NCBI GenBank assembly: GCA_963733935.1
Contig: CAVTEQ010000018.1
Span: forward strand, 52,942 to 116,941
Length of the DNA stretch: 64,000 bases
Source: an uncultured Acidobacteriota bacterium
GTDB taxonomy: Bacteria > Acidobacteriota > Terriglobia > Terriglobales > Acidobacteriaceae
Reading direction: 5' to 3'
Shown here one piece after another: positions 10,500 to 21,635 of this stretch. A model generated the notes under the pieces. That model was given only the letters and a program-made list of their open reading frames with translations. It made no database searches and had not been told where the DNA came from. The translations under genes were made by a program, and so were the position numbers. Each line of letters opens with the position of its first letter. Within the stretch, counting starts at the first letter, position 1.

Positions 10500-11750
10500 C
10501 TACTCCGCCGTGAAGTAATCCACCGTGACCGGGCTTTCAAACAGGGAATAATCGCGGGTGACGACGGTGATGCCGGCGTCGGTGACGAAGTAGCGTTCCT
10601 TGTCGGCTTCGGGGTCGAAGCCGATGACGGTACCCTCGGGGATGTGCACGTCGCGGTCGATGATGGAGCGGCGGATGCGGCAGTGCCGTCCGACGTTGAC
10701 GTGCGAAAAGATGATCGACGATTCCACGTCGGAATAAGAGTTGATGCGCACGTCGGGGGAGACAATGCTGTTGCGTACCATGCCCCCGGAGATGATGCAG
10801 CCGGCCGAAACGATGGAGTCGACGGCCATGCCCATGCGTCCGGGCTCGCCGAAGACGAACTTGGCCGGCGGATACTGCCGCTGGTGGGTGCGGATGGGCC
10901 AGGCCTTGTCGTAGAGGTTGAACACCGGCGTCACCGACACCAGGTCCATGTTGGCCTCGTACAACGACTCCAGCGTGCCCACGTCGCGCCAATAGAGCGC
11001 CTCTTTCTTGTTTTCGTCCACAAAGTTGAAGGAGTAGACGTGGTACTCCTCTGCCATGCGCGGCAGGATGTCCTTGCCGAAATCGTGCGACGAGTTGGGG
11101 TCTTCGGCGTCCTTGAGCAGGACCGGGATGAGCACGTCGGTGTTGAACAGGTAGACGCCCATCGAAGCCGAGACCAGGCGCGGATTGTAGGGCGAGCGCG
11201 TGTCGGTGCGCTGAGGCTTCTCCTCAAAGCCCACGATGCGGCCGTCGCGGTCGACATCCACCACCCCGAAGCGGTAGGTTTCGCTGGGGTCGATGAGGAT
11301 CGTCGCCAGCGTGACGTCGGCGCTCGAGGCGCGATGCTGGTCGAGCATCAGCCCGTAGTTCATCTTGTAGATGTGATCGCCCGAGAGGATCAGCACGTGC
11401 TTGGGCTGCTCGGCGCCAATCGAGTAAATGTTCTGGTAGACGGCGTCGGCGGTGCCCAGGTACCAGTTCTCGCTCACCCGCTTCATGGGCGGCAGGATCT
11501 CGATGAACTCGCCCAGGTCGCGGGCCACGATGTTCCAGCCTTCGCGGATGTGGCGGTTGAGCGACAGCGCCTTGTACTGGGTAAGGATGTAAACGTGGCG
11601 CAGGTCGGAGTTGATGCAGTTGGAGAGCGTGATGTCGATGATGCGGTAGTTGCCGCCGAAAGTGACCGCCGGCTTGGCGCGGTCGCGGGTCAAGGGATAC
11701 AGGCGCTCCCCTGCTCCTCCGGCCAGCAGCACTCCCAGCGTGTCTTTCAT
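10500..11750 (-). CDS. glgC: Glucose-1-phosphate adenylyltransferase
   Basis: LLAGGAGERLYPLTRDRAKPAVTFGGNYRIIDITLSNCINS and downstream blocks are typical of GlgC. 416 aa. Confidence 0.95.
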   Translation of the reverse strand: MKDTLGVLLAGGAGERLYPLTRDRAKPAVTFGGNYRIIDITLSNCINSDLRHVYILTQYKALSLNRHIREGWNIVARDLGEFIEILPPMKRVSENWYLGTADAVYQNIYSIGAEQPKHVLILSGDHIYKMNYGLMLDQHRASSADVTLATILIDPSETYRFGVVDVDRDGRIVGFEEKPQRTDTRSPYNPRLVSASMGVYLFNTDVLIPVLLKDAEDPNSSHDFGKDILPRMAEEYHVYSFNFVDENKKEALYWRDVGTLESLYEANMDLVSVTPVFNLYDKAWPIRTHQRQYPPAKFVFGEPGRMGMAVDSIVSAGCIISGGMVRNSIVSPDVRINSYSDVESSIIFSHVNVGRHCRIRRSIIDRDVHIPEGTVIGFDPEADKERYFVTDAGITVVTRDYSLFESPVTVDYFTAE

Positions 11751-11805
11751 CGGCGTTTGTCGGCGTCGCCAGCGAGCGACGAATCAAAGATGGTAGCAGA
11801 AAAGA

Positions 11806-11927
11806 GAGTAGCGAGTACCGAGTCGCGAGTACCGAGTTACTCGCAAGAATGAGGCTCGTTGACCTCGATTTGTTGTGCTTCTACTCTTCCTGCAGAGAGA
11901 CCTACTCGGTACTCGCAACTCGCTACT
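11806..11927. repeat. Word-hairpin, word GAGTACC (family W4)
   Basis: gagtagcgagtaccgagtcgcgagtaccgagttactcgc opposes ctactcggtactcgcaactcgctact. Confidence 0.8.
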
Positions 11928-12210
11928 ATTTGTCGACGCTGATCTTGAGCGACTTCAGAAACTTCTGGTCGTTGGCGTTGATTGTGAACTCGGCTTCCCG
12001 CCGCGTGGCGGACCCACCCGTGCCGGGTTTGCTGGCGCTCTCCTCGTCGTCGTGGCGGTTGAAGCCGATCGTGGCTTCCAGTACCAGGAAGACGTCGTAG
12101 CCGCCGGCTTTGATTCTGGAGATAACTTCGGCGATGGGCTCGGATTCGGACAGGGACTCGTTGATAGCTTCGCCGAGTTCCTTCATAAGCTGCTTCAGTT
12201 TGTCGTCCAC
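11926..12210 (-). CDS. Hypothetical 94-aa protein
   Basis: GTG start at 12210 preceded by GGGGAGGG, GC3-rich. Sequence: VDDKLKQLMKELGEAINESLSESEPIAEVISRIKAGGYDVFLVLEATIGF. Confidence 0.55.
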   Translation of the reverse strand: MDDKLKQLMKELGEAINESLSESEPIAEVISRIKAGGYDVFLVLEATIGFNRHDDEESASKPGTGGSATRREAEFTINANDQKFLKSLKISVDK

Positions 12211-12347
12211 GTGCCCTCCCCTCGCCAGCGACCTCCAGCCGAGACTATCACTTTCGGCGGGCAGTTGTTTAGATGCAGGGAAGGGGCCCGAAGATAGGGA
12301 GAAACCCCGCAGCGGGGGCCGGTGGTGGGAGCTACAGAAGGGCTTGA

Positions 12348-12387
12348 ACTCCGGAGCGCGGGTCAAACTCGAACCTCACGCTCCGGA
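12348..12387 (-). terminator. 10-bp GC-rich hairpin downstream of the porin-like gene
   Basis: CTCCGGAGCG-N20-CGCTCCGGAG, 21 nt beyond the stop at 12408. No clear U tract. Confidence 0.35.
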
Positions 12388-12407
12388 GACGGTCTTGCCG
12401 CAATCGA

Positions 12408-13313
12408 TCAAAAAGCGTAGGACATCTGCACGCCGACCTGGTGCCGGGCCTGCAGATCGACGCCAGGCATGACCTTTCCGGCGATCTGGGCCAGGCCCAC
12501 GTCGAAGTTCACCTTGTACTTCGCCGGCGGGATGAAGCGCACGGCGTACGTGAGGGTGGTGGGAATATTCAGAGTGGGAAAGTCCAGTGGATGATGCGGC
12601 TGCTGCGCCACCTCGGAGGCAAGGATGAGCGTGCTGTGGTGCGGCGCCTTGAAAACGAAGGCGGCCGAGCCAAAAGCGCGCGCCTCCCAATCGGGCGCGT
12701 TCCCGCCCATGCCCCAAAGGACGGCGTCGGTGCCGCGGACCCCGCCACTGAGAATTACCGGAATCGGCTTCAGCGGAATGAACTTGGTGGCCACCACGTA
12801 GATGTCACCATCAGCCTTGCCGCTCACATGTGCGGGATCAACCGCAGACCCTTCTACCCAGTTGCCGACGTTGCGGACATTGGGCCGGAACACAAATCCT
12901 GTGGAGATCGCCGGAACCCACTTGTGGCTTCCATAGTTCTCGCGCACCACATTGACTTTGCCGTTGAAGATGTCGAAACCGTTCTGCCACAGCGGACTGA
13001 TGTCCGGGTTGCCGCCAAAGACATGAAATTCGTGCGTGTAGCCGAATTCCAGGCGCTTGCCCACGCCGACCTCGATCGAGGCCTCATGGAAATCACCGAT
13101 TACCGGACCGGCGTTCAGATAGTGATAAGCCACGACCGGGTGAATCTTCTGGCCTTCGGCGGACGCCGTGTAGGCCAGCGGAGTGACGAATATGCCGGTT
13201 TCACCTTCCCAGCCCAAGCCCTGTGCGTGCAGGCGCGGGCCCAGCACTAGCGCCAAGCCAACGACCATTGCAACGAAAGTAAGCCAACCTTTAAATCTCT
13301 TGAATGAATCCAT
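12408..13313 (-). CDS. Outer-membrane beta-barrel (porin-like) protein
   Basis: Signal peptide from ATG 13313 (MDSFKRFKGWLTFVAMVVGLALVLGPRLHAQG), alternating beta-strand pattern, C-terminal ...VQMSYAF. Confidence 0.75.
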   Translation of the reverse strand: MDSFKRFKGWLTFVAMVVGLALVLGPRLHAQGLGWEGETGIFVTPLAYTASAEGQKIHPVVAYHYLNAGPVIGDFHEASIEVGVGKRLEFGYTHEFHVFGGNPDISPLWQNGFDIFNGKVNVVRENYGSHKWVPAISTGFVFRPNVRNVGNWVEGSAVDPAHVSGKADGDIYVVATKFIPLKPIPVILSGGVRGTDAVLWGMGGNAPDWEARAFGSAAFVFKAPHHSTLILASEVAQQPHHPLDFPTLNIPTTLTYAVRFIPPAKYKVNFDVGLAQIAGKVMPGVDLQARHQVGVQMSYAF

Positions 13314-13558
13314 GTCGAATCCAGCTCCCATATTGAAAGTAACGTCCCAATGCGCCGTCATGGCGTTGGGCGTGTAAGGCGTTATCGGCACGGACATCGA
13401 TGATCTTCAACGTCGCCGCGGATAACTCAGGAGACCAAAAAGGGACTGCAAATTCCATTTACAAAGCGCGGGATGGTGAAAAGCGTGGAGGGTCTGGACC
13501 GCCGATCTTCACTGGGGCATGAGAAAGGGAGACTCTTCCCAGCCTGTATAATCGGCCT

Positions 13559-13906
13559 ATGGCGCAGCTTTCCACCTCGCGTCGACGCGGCTTTCGCTGG
13601 GGATGGTTGAGCGCGGCCGCAGCCCATGCCAGCGGCAACATGGTGCGGAAGAGCCGGACCGTGAATGCCCTCGGCTCGGCGGCCCGGGTCACACTGCGCT
13701 CCGTCACCAAAGTGGGTCATGTGCTCTGGCTGGAAGTAACCGGCTTGTTTTTTGTAGCTTTCGGGGTGATTGGAAGCCTGGCCGCCTGGCACGAATACTC
13801 GAAGCACCGGATTGTTTCCGCCCGCTTCGCCGCCGCAATATGTTTTATGGTTCTGTTTGCCTGGTTCGGCTTGAGTTCATTCTATCGGGCGCGACGGAAG
13901 GCGTGA
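13559..13906 (+). CDS. Small membrane protein
   Basis: 115 aa with two hydrophobic helices (LWLEVTGLFFVAFGVIGSLAAW, AAAICFMVLFAWFGLSSF). TATAAT sits 7 nt upstream of the ATG. Confidence 0.5.
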   Translation: MAQLSTSRRRGFRWGWLSAAAAHASGNMVRKSRTVNALGSAARVTLRSVTKVGHVLWLEVTGLFFVAFGVIGSLAAWHEYSKHRIVSARFAAAICFMVLFAWFGLSSFYRARRKA

Positions 13907-13932
13907 GCTGAGCCCGTCGGAAGGCAGCTCCC

Positions 13933-15552
<1,620 letters not shown>

Positions 15553-15620
15553 TAGTTTCTCGTTTCTAGTTTCTCGGAAGAAGCTTCTGCCGAGAAACGA
15601 GAAACAAGGAACTAGAAACT
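15553..15620. repeat. Word-hairpin, word TTTCTCG (family W5)
   Basis: tagtttctcgtttctagtttctcgg opposes ccgagaaacgagaaacaaggaactagaaact. Confidence 0.85.
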
Positions 15621-16172
15621 CGTCCGCATTATAGGCCTCGTTTTCGACCGCCTTGCCACCTCTTTGAATCCCGCCTTGCGAAATGCCGAGAAGAGGCCTG
15701 CATACACGAACGCATCGGCAGTCGTCTTCTTCGTCTCGTGCGGATAGCCCTCGACGATCTTTGCGCCGCGAGCGCGGGCGAAGGCAACAGCAGCCTTCAA
15801 CAGCTCGGTCGAAAGTCCCTGACGCCGAAATCCGCGGGCGATAAACAAGCAGCTCACCGACCACACTGGCTGGTCGTCCACCGGCTGGAGAATGCGGCTG
15901 CTGCTGAGCCTGGGATACTGCTCGCGCGGCGCCACGGCGCACCAGCCGACGGGTTCGCCATCGGCATAGGCCAGCACGCCCGGCTCGGCGCCGGCGCGGA
16001 CTATCTTGCGGAATGCCTTGCGATTGCCCTCGCCCTGGCCGCGATTCCAGTCTGCGCGGCTGAGCCGCCACCACATGCACCAGCATCCGGCGCACGCGCC
16101 GCGCGGCCCGAACAGGCGCTCGAGGTCGGGCCAGCGGTCGGGTGTGAGCGGATGAAAGGAGAGTCTGCTCAT
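15612..16172 (-). CDS. GNAT-family N-acetyltransferase
   Basis: From ATG 16172: MSRLSFHPLTPDRW...CLFIARGFRRQGLSTELLKAAVAFARARGAKIVEGYP (acetyl-CoA binding motif). The 390-aa ORF in the track is an upstream over-extension. Confidence 0.85.
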   Translation of the reverse strand: MSRLSFHPLTPDRWPDLERLFGPRGACAGCWCMWWRLSRADWNRGQGEGNRKAFRKIVRAGAEPGVLAYADGEPVGWCAVAPREQYPRLSSSRILQPVDDQPVWSVSCLFIARGFRRQGLSTELLKAAVAFARARGAKIVEGYPHETKKTTADAFVYAGLFSAFRKAGFKEVARRSKTRPIMRTSF

Positions 16173-16206
16173 GCGCGACAAGTCTATGGGCGCGCCAAAG
16201 CTTCTG

Positions 16207-16246
16207 TCGAGAAACAAGAAACGAGAAACCAGGAACTGATTTCTAG
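16207..16246. repeat. Single arm of family W5
   Basis: tcgagaaacaagaaacgagaaaccaggaactgatttctag. Confidence 0.7.
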
Positions 16247-16404
16247 CTTTGCGCCTGCAGGTCGCAGACCTCGCGGCACAGCAGGCAGTAATACTGGCCA
16301 TCCTCGCAGAGGCGGACTTGGTCCCAGCCCTGGCAGAGAATGCAGAAGTGTTCGCACTCGCACTGCTTCTCTTCCCGGTCGCATTGCGCGCAGAGGAAGG
16401 CCAT
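16243..16404 (-). CDS. Unlisted 53-aa Cys-rich (10 Cys, three CxxC) putative zinc-binding protein
   Basis: Hand translation: MAFLCAQCDREEKQCECEHFCILCQGWDQVRLCEDGQYYCLLCREVCDLQAQS*. Strong GC3 bias, and it is below the 60-aa ORF-track cutoff. Confidence 0.45.
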   Translation of the reverse strand: MAFLCAQCDREEKQCECEHFCILCQGWDQVRLCEDGQYYCLLCREVCDLQAQS

Positions 16405-16542
16405 GCGCCGAGAGTAGCGCGGTTGGCCGCCCGGCTCAAGTGACCACAGTCACGGCCCGGTGTGCAGCGTTGACCCCGCCCAAAGTCGATGGTAACTTGT
16501 TTCGTTCCGCCGACTTCGCTTGCTCGTAGAGGAAGGTCTTTC

Positions 16543-17685
16543 TTGTCGCCATTGGCTGAGGCTAGCCCGACCCTGCGAAAAACAGCGCTCAACCCAGTCC
16601 ATCGCCAGATGGGCGCGAGGATGGTTGATTTCGGCGGCTGGGACATGCCGGTGGAGTATCCCGCGACCGGCGGCGTGCTGGCCGAGCACCTGGCGGTGCG
16701 CACCGGCGTGGGCATCTTCGACGTCAGCCACATGGGCGACATCCGCTTCACCGGTACGCAGGCCCTGGATGCCGTGCAGCACATCTCGATGAACGATGCT
16801 TCGCGGCTCGTGCCCGGCCAGGCGCACTACTCGGCGATGCTTTATCCGGAGGGAACATTCGTGGACGACATCATCGTCCACAAGCTCGCCGACCAGCATT
16901 ATTTGTTCGTCATCAACGCCGGCACGCGCGAGAAGGATGTTGGCTGGGTGGAAGAGAATGTCCACGGGTTCCGCTGCAAGGCGGAGAACGCGAGCGACGA
17001 TTACACCCAGATCGCTATCCAGGGCCCGCAAGCACAGGCGTTGCTCCAGAAGCTGACCGACGCCGATCTGGCGCAGATCAAGAACTACTGGTTTATCTTC
17101 GGCACGGTCTGCGGGCTGAAGGACACCATGATCGCGCGCACAGGCTATACCGGCGAGGACGGCTTCGAAATCTACATCCCCGCCGATCCGCAGACTAGCG
17201 CGCGCGTGTGGCACGAGGTGCTGGGGGCGGGCAAAGAGTTCGGGGCGATCCCGTGCGGCCTGGGCGCGCGCAATACGCTGCGACTGGAAGCCAAGATGGC
17301 GCTGTATGGTCACGAAATCTCGGAGAAGATCAACGTCTTCGAAGCCGGCCTGGAGCGCTGGTGCAAGCTGGAGAAGCCGGAGTTCATCGGCAAGCCGGCG
17401 CTGGAGAAGATCAAGGAGCGCGGCGTCAAGCGCACGCTGGTAGGGCTGGAAATGATTGAACGCGGCATCGCGCGCGACGGCTATCCTATCGTGGAAGAGG
17501 ATGGCGCTGCGATTGGCTGCGTGACCAGCGGTTCGCTTGCGCCTTTCCTGAAGAAGAACATCGCGCTTGCCTATGTTCCGCCCGCGAAGGCGGAGATCGG
17601 AACGGTGTTGAACGTGGAAATCCGCGGGCAGAGGGTGAAAGCCAAGGTTGTGCCGACGCCGTTCTATAAACGGCCCAAAAAATAA
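16543..17685 (+). CDS. gcvT: Glycine cleavage system aminomethyltransferase T
   Basis: LRKTALNPVHRQMGARMVDFGGWDMPVEY...GIFDVSHMG. I chose the TTG 16543 start because of the GAGGAAGG SD; the track ORF begins at ATG 16489. Confidence 0.95.
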   Translation: MSPLAEASPTLRKTALNPVHRQMGARMVDFGGWDMPVEYPATGGVLAEHLAVRTGVGIFDVSHMGDIRFTGTQALDAVQHISMNDASRLVPGQAHYSAMLYPEGTFVDDIIVHKLADQHYLFVINAGTREKDVGWVEENVHGFRCKAENASDDYTQIAIQGPQAQALLQKLTDADLAQIKNYWFIFGTVCGLKDTMIARTGYTGEDGFEIYIPADPQTSARVWHEVLGAGKEFGAIPCGLGARNTLRLEAKMALYGHEISEKINVFEAGLERWCKLEKPEFIGKPALEKIKERGVKRTLVGLEMIERGIARDGYPIVEEDGAAIGCVTSGSLAPFLKKNIALAYVPPAKAEIGTVLNVEIRGQRVKAKVVPTPFYKRPKK

Positions 17686-17696
17686 GTAAGAGGCAC

Positions 17697-17736
17697 GGCG
17701 GCAAGATGCCGCCGCGACAGCCGGCGGGACGCCGGC
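17697..17736. repeat. Twin 6-bp GC hairpins in the gcvT-gcvH spacer
   Basis: GGCGGC-aagat-GCCGCC (17697-17713) and GCCGGC-gggac-GCCGGC (17720-17736). Confidence 0.6.
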
Positions 17737-17752
17737 GCTACGAGAGAGAAAG

Positions 17753-18136
17753 ATGAACTATCCCAGCGAGCTGAAGTACACCAAAGACGACGAATGGCTG
17801 AAGACCGACGGCGACACCGGCGCGATCGGCATCACCGACTACGCCCAGAATGCGCTCGGCGACATCGTGTTCGTCGAACTGCCCAAAGTCGGCGCCGAGG
17901 TCACAGCCGGCAAGCCCTTCGGCACGGTAGAGTCCGTAAAGGCGGTCTCCGAACTGTTTGCCCCCGTCAGCGGCACGGTTACCGCCATCAACGAAGAGCT
18001 GGCGACGGCGCCCGAGAAGGTCAACCAGGATCCCTATGGCGCCTGGATGGTCAAAGTCAAGCTGAAGGACCAGGGCGAGGCCGGCAAGCTGATGTCATCC
18101 GCGGACTATGAAAAATACGCTTCGGAGCGAGGCTAG
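17753..18136 (+). CDS. gcvH: Glycine cleavage system protein H
   Basis: YTKDDEWLK...GITDYAQNALGDIVFVELP...ESVKAVSELFAPVSG (lipoyl-Lys motif). Confidence 0.97.
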   Translation: MNYPSELKYTKDDEWLKTDGDTGAIGITDYAQNALGDIVFVELPKVGAEVTAGKPFGTVESVKAVSELFAPVSGTVTAINEELATAPEKVNQDPYGAWMVKVKLKDQGEAGKLMSSADYEKYASERG

Positions 18137-18142
18137 AGGATT

Positions 18143-18237
18143 TAGTAATTGTGTAATTTGGTAATTGGGTAATCGAACCGCCACCCGCGACGCATCGCCG
18201 GTTCTCAATTACCAATTACGAAATTACCAAATTACTC
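18143..18237. repeat. Word-hairpin, word GTAATTGG (family W6)
   Basis: tagtaattgtgtaatttggtaattgggtaat opposes caattaccaattacgaaattaccaaattactc. Confidence 0.85.
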
Positions 18238-18250
18238 AATCGGTGTACCC

Positions 18251-19577
18251 ATGCGCTATCTCCCCAAATCCGACGCTGAACGCGGGCTGATGCTGCGCGA
18301 GATCGGCGTCAGCAGCATTGACGACCTGTTCGCCCCCATTCCGGCTGACTTTCGCGTCAAGGGCGATCTCAACTTGCCGCGCGCTTTCGCCGAGTCGGAA
18401 ATCGTGGACTACTTCCGCCAGCGCTCGGCGGAAAACGCAGCCGGCTATGCATCGTTCTTGGGCGCGGGGGCGTATCACCATTACCGGCCGGTGGTGATCG
18501 ATTCGCTGATTTCGCGCGGCGAATTCTTTACCGCCTACACCCCTTACCAGCCGGAGCTGGCGCAGGGAACGCTGCAGGCCATCTTCGAATTTCAGACCAT
18601 GATCTGCGAACTCACCGGCATGGAGGTGGCGAATGCCTCCATGTACGACGGCTCGACCGCCACGCCCGAGACGGTGATGATGGCGGCGCGGGTGACAGGA
18701 CGGCGCAGTGCCGTGGTCGCGCGCAGCGTGCATCCAGAGTACCGCGAGGTGCTGGCGACGTACGCGCGCCATCAGGCGGTGCCGATCACCACCATCGGCT
18801 TCCTGGAAAACGGCCGCGTGGACGTGAAGGCGCTGGAGCAGGCGGTCACGGAAGAGACCGCCTGCGTCGTCATCCAGTCGCCGAATTTCTTCGGCACCAT
18901 CGAGGACATCGCCGCCGCAGCCGACATCGCGCACCGAAAAGGGCGCGCTGCTGGTGGTCATGATCTCCGAGGCGGTTTCCCTGGGAATCGTCAAGCCTCC
19001 GGTCGAGGCTGACATCGTGGGCATGGAAGCGCAATCGTTCGGCGTCCCAGTCGGATTTGGCGGGCCCTACGCGGGCGTGATCGCCACCAAAGAAAAATTC
19101 GTGCGCCAGATGCCGGGGCGACTGGTAGGCGAGACCCACGACAAAAACGGCAAGCGCGCGTTTTGCCTCACGCTTACCACGCGCGAGCAGCACATCCGCC
19201 GCGAGAAGGCGACCTCCAACATTTGCACCAACCAGGGGCTCGTAGCGCTAATGGCAACCATCTTTATGACCGTGTACGGGCGCGAAGGGATGAAGGAGCT
19301 GGCGAAGCACAACCTGTCGAAAGCCGCCTATGCCGCCGGCGAATTCGGCAAGAGAGCGAAAGTTCTCTTCGGCGGAGCCCCGCGGTTCAATGAGTTTGTG
19401 GTCGAGACCCACGAAGATCCCAAGGCCATCAACGACCGCCTGCTACAGAAGAAGATCGTAGGCGGGCTGCCGCTCAAGAAGTTCTATCCCGAGCTGGGAA
19501 ATGCGGCGCTCTGGTGCTGCACCGAGACGACAACGCGGGCTCAGATCGACGCCGCAGTCAAAGAGGTGGCGCAATGA
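18251..19577 (+). CDS. gcvPA: Glycine dehydrogenase (decarboxylating) subunit 1; +1 frameshift near 18942
   Basis: [20 protein letters not shown]...[25 protein letters not shown] is in ORF 18251-19012. It continues as [15 protein letters not shown]...[18 protein letters not shown] in ORF 18954-19577. 1327 nt = 442 codons + 1. Confidence 0.93.
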
Positions 19578-21077
19578 GCATCCGCAAAGCCACCACCCAC
19601 GTCAATCAGAACGAAGGCCTGATCTTCGAGAAGTCATCACCGGGCAAATATGCGTGGAAGCTGCCGGAGCTGGACGTGCCGGAAGCTGATCCCGAGAAAG
19701 TGCTGGGCGGCGCGGCGCGCAGCGATCTCGGCAACATGCCCGAGGTCAGCGAGATCGAGATCATCCGCCACTTCACGCGGCTCTCCACCTGGAACTACGG
19801 TGTGGATACGGGCCTCTATCCGCTGGGCTCGTGCACCATGAAGTACAACCCACGAGTGAACGAGGTGGCAGCGCGCGTGGAAGGTCTGGCGGGCGCGCAC
19901 CCGTATCAGCCGGAGAAGATCTCGCAGGGCGCGCTGCTGGTCATGAAGGTGCTCTCCAAGTGCCTGACCGAGATCACCGGCATGGACGCGATCACGCTGC
20001 AGCCGGCGGCGGGCGCGCACGGCGAGCTGACCGGCATCCTGCTGATCCGCGCCTATCTGGAATCGAAGGGGAACCCGCGCAAGAAGATTCTGATTCCCGG
20101 ATTCGGCGCACGGTACCAATCCCGCGACGGCGGCGATTGCGGGCTACGCGGTCGAGAACCTGAAGTCGAACGCCGCCGGCATGGTGGACATTCCGTCGCT
20201 GATCGCGCAGGCGAACGAAGACGTTGCCGCGCTGATGATCACCAATCCCAACACACTCGGCGTATTCGAGCAGAACATCGTGCAGATCGCCGAGATTCTG
20301 CACTCGAAGGGCGCGCTGCTCTACATGGACGGCGCCAACATGAATGCGCTGGTCGGCAAGGCGCGCCCCGGGGAGCGCGGCGTGGACGTCATGCACATGA
20401 ACCTGCATAAGACGTTCTCCACACCGCATGGCGGCGGCGGTCCCGGTTCGGGGCCGGTGGTGTGCAAGCAGATTCTGGAGCCGTTCCTGCCCCTGCCGGT
20501 AATCGCCGTCAAGCCAGACGGCGCGCTGGGCTTCGACTATGACCGCCCGCACTCGATCGGCCGCGTGCGCGCCTTCTACGGCAACTTCGGCATGCACGTG
20601 CGCGCGCTGGCCTACATCATGGCCAACGGGCCCGACGGGCTGCGCCAGACCACCGAAGATGCCGTGCTCAACGCCAATTACATCCGCAAGAAGCTGGAAG
20701 GCCTGTACGACCTGCCTTACTCGACGCCCAGCATGCACGAGGTAGTGTTCAGCGATCGCCTGCAGGGAAAGAACGGCATCAAGACCGGCGACATCGCCAA
20801 GCGGCTCATCGATTACGGCTTCCACCCGTACACGGTCTCGTTCCCGCTGATCGTGCACGGGGCGCTGATGATCGAGCCGACGGAGAGCGAGTCCAAGGAA
20901 GAGCTGGACCTCTTCATTGATGCCATGCGCTCGATCGCCGAGGAGTGCGAGCGGGATCCCAAGCTGGTGCTGGAGGCGCCGCATACCACACGAGTCTCGC
21001 GCCTGGACGAAGTCACGGCGGCGCGCAAGCCCATCCTGCGCTGGAAGCCGAAGCAACAGCCGGCCGCGGCGGACTAA
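19574..21077 (+). CDS. gcvPB: Glycine dehydrogenase (decarboxylating) subunit 2; +1 frameshift near 20099
   Basis: ATG 19574 overlaps the gcvPA stop (ATGA). ...[12 protein letters not shown]...KILIP, then [16 protein letters not shown]...[16 protein letters not shown] reads one base out of frame in ORF 20181-21077. Confidence 0.93.
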
Positions 21078-21086
21078 TAGAATCTC

Positions 21087-21143
21087 GCCACAGAGACACG
21101 GAGACACAGAGCGGAACTGGCGAACCCTCTGTGGCTCTGTGGC
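21087..21143. repeat. Word-hairpin, word CACGGAGA (family W2)
   Basis: gccacagagacacggagacacagag opposes ctctgtggctctgtggc. Confidence 0.85.
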
Positions 21144-21149
21144 AGCTTC

Positions 21150-21314
21150 TCAGCTCTTTTTCGAGGTCACGGCAAAGAACTCGGCCATCTCCTGCTCGAT
21201 GTTCTTGCTGCCGCACTTGGGGCAGATGATCTTGTCCGTGTCGTGTTCGTTCAGGGTTAGGACCAATTCGAAGCTCTTGTGGCAATCATTGCAGACGTAA
21301 TCGTAAACCGGCAT
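21150..21314 (-). CDS. FmdB-family zinc-ribbon protein
   Basis: From ATG 21314: MPVYDYVCNDCHKSFELVLTLNEHDTDKIICPKCGSKNIEQ, which shows the MPxYxYxCxxC...CPxCG pattern. Confidence 0.75.
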   Translation of the reverse strand: MPVYDYVCNDCHKSFELVLTLNEHDTDKIICPKCGSKNIEQEMAEFFAVTSKKS

Positions 21315-21381
21315 GCGAGCCTCCCGGCACGAGAGCTGTGAGGACAGGAGAAGTCTAGTCCTCGGGGCGGCGCCATTCAAC

Positions 21382-21621
21382 TCAGCGGTTTTCCAACCTT
21401 CTCCCGTGCCGCAGGCGGCGCACGTATCTGGTGGAATCGGAAGGGTCAGAGTGGTCCTTTCTTATGCCCGCCAGAGCCTGCATAGCCTCTGCGCTCCTCC
21501 AGGCTGCCGAAATAGCGCTCACTTGCCGGACCAGGTCGGAGACGGTAGTCCCCTCGTTGCGGGCACGTGCGCGCAGGGCATTCCACAAGTCGTCGTCCAG
21601 ATAAAGCTGCGTGCGTCGCAT
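21382..21621 (-). CDS. Ribbon-helix-helix (CopG/VapB-like) antitoxin-type protein, no adjacent toxin
   Basis: MRRTQLYLDDDLWNALRARARNEGTTVSDLVRQ is an N-terminal RHH pattern. No PIN or other toxin ORF lies downstream. Confidence 0.65.
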   Translation of the reverse strand: MRRTQLYLDDDLWNALRARARNEGTTVSDLVRQVSAISAAWRSAEAMQALAGIRKDHSDPSDSTRYVRRLRHGRRLENR

Positions 21622-21635
21622 GATCGCCTTTCAGG

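Noticed and set aside
10476-11852. 458-aa plus-strand ORF. Similar long ORFs occur at 34924-36987, 19992-21107, 25554-26621, 27227-28375, 32080-33402, 40780-41829, 47318-48367, 48469-49716, 52574-53899, 56985-57971 and 60196-61365.
   Set aside because: All are antisense or out of frame relative to genes with unambiguous conserved motifs (glgC, pheT, gcvPB, thiolase, fadB, lgt, mtaB, DUF711, the ABC genes). Their sequences are repetitive and Arg/Gly/Ala/His-rich.
13314-13932. Cobalamin riboswitch upstream of the mutase gene, or upstream of the TonB-dependent receptor at 46548-46915.
   Set aside because: No B12-box-like GCCACTG motif occurs in context. The GCCACTG strings present are parts of word-hairpin arms.
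16405-16542. Expected glycine riboswitch upstream of gcvT.
   Set aside because: I could not find the conserved GGAGAG...ACCGAAGGGGCAA aptamer cores in this 138-nt leader. The region looks like an ordinary divergent promoter.
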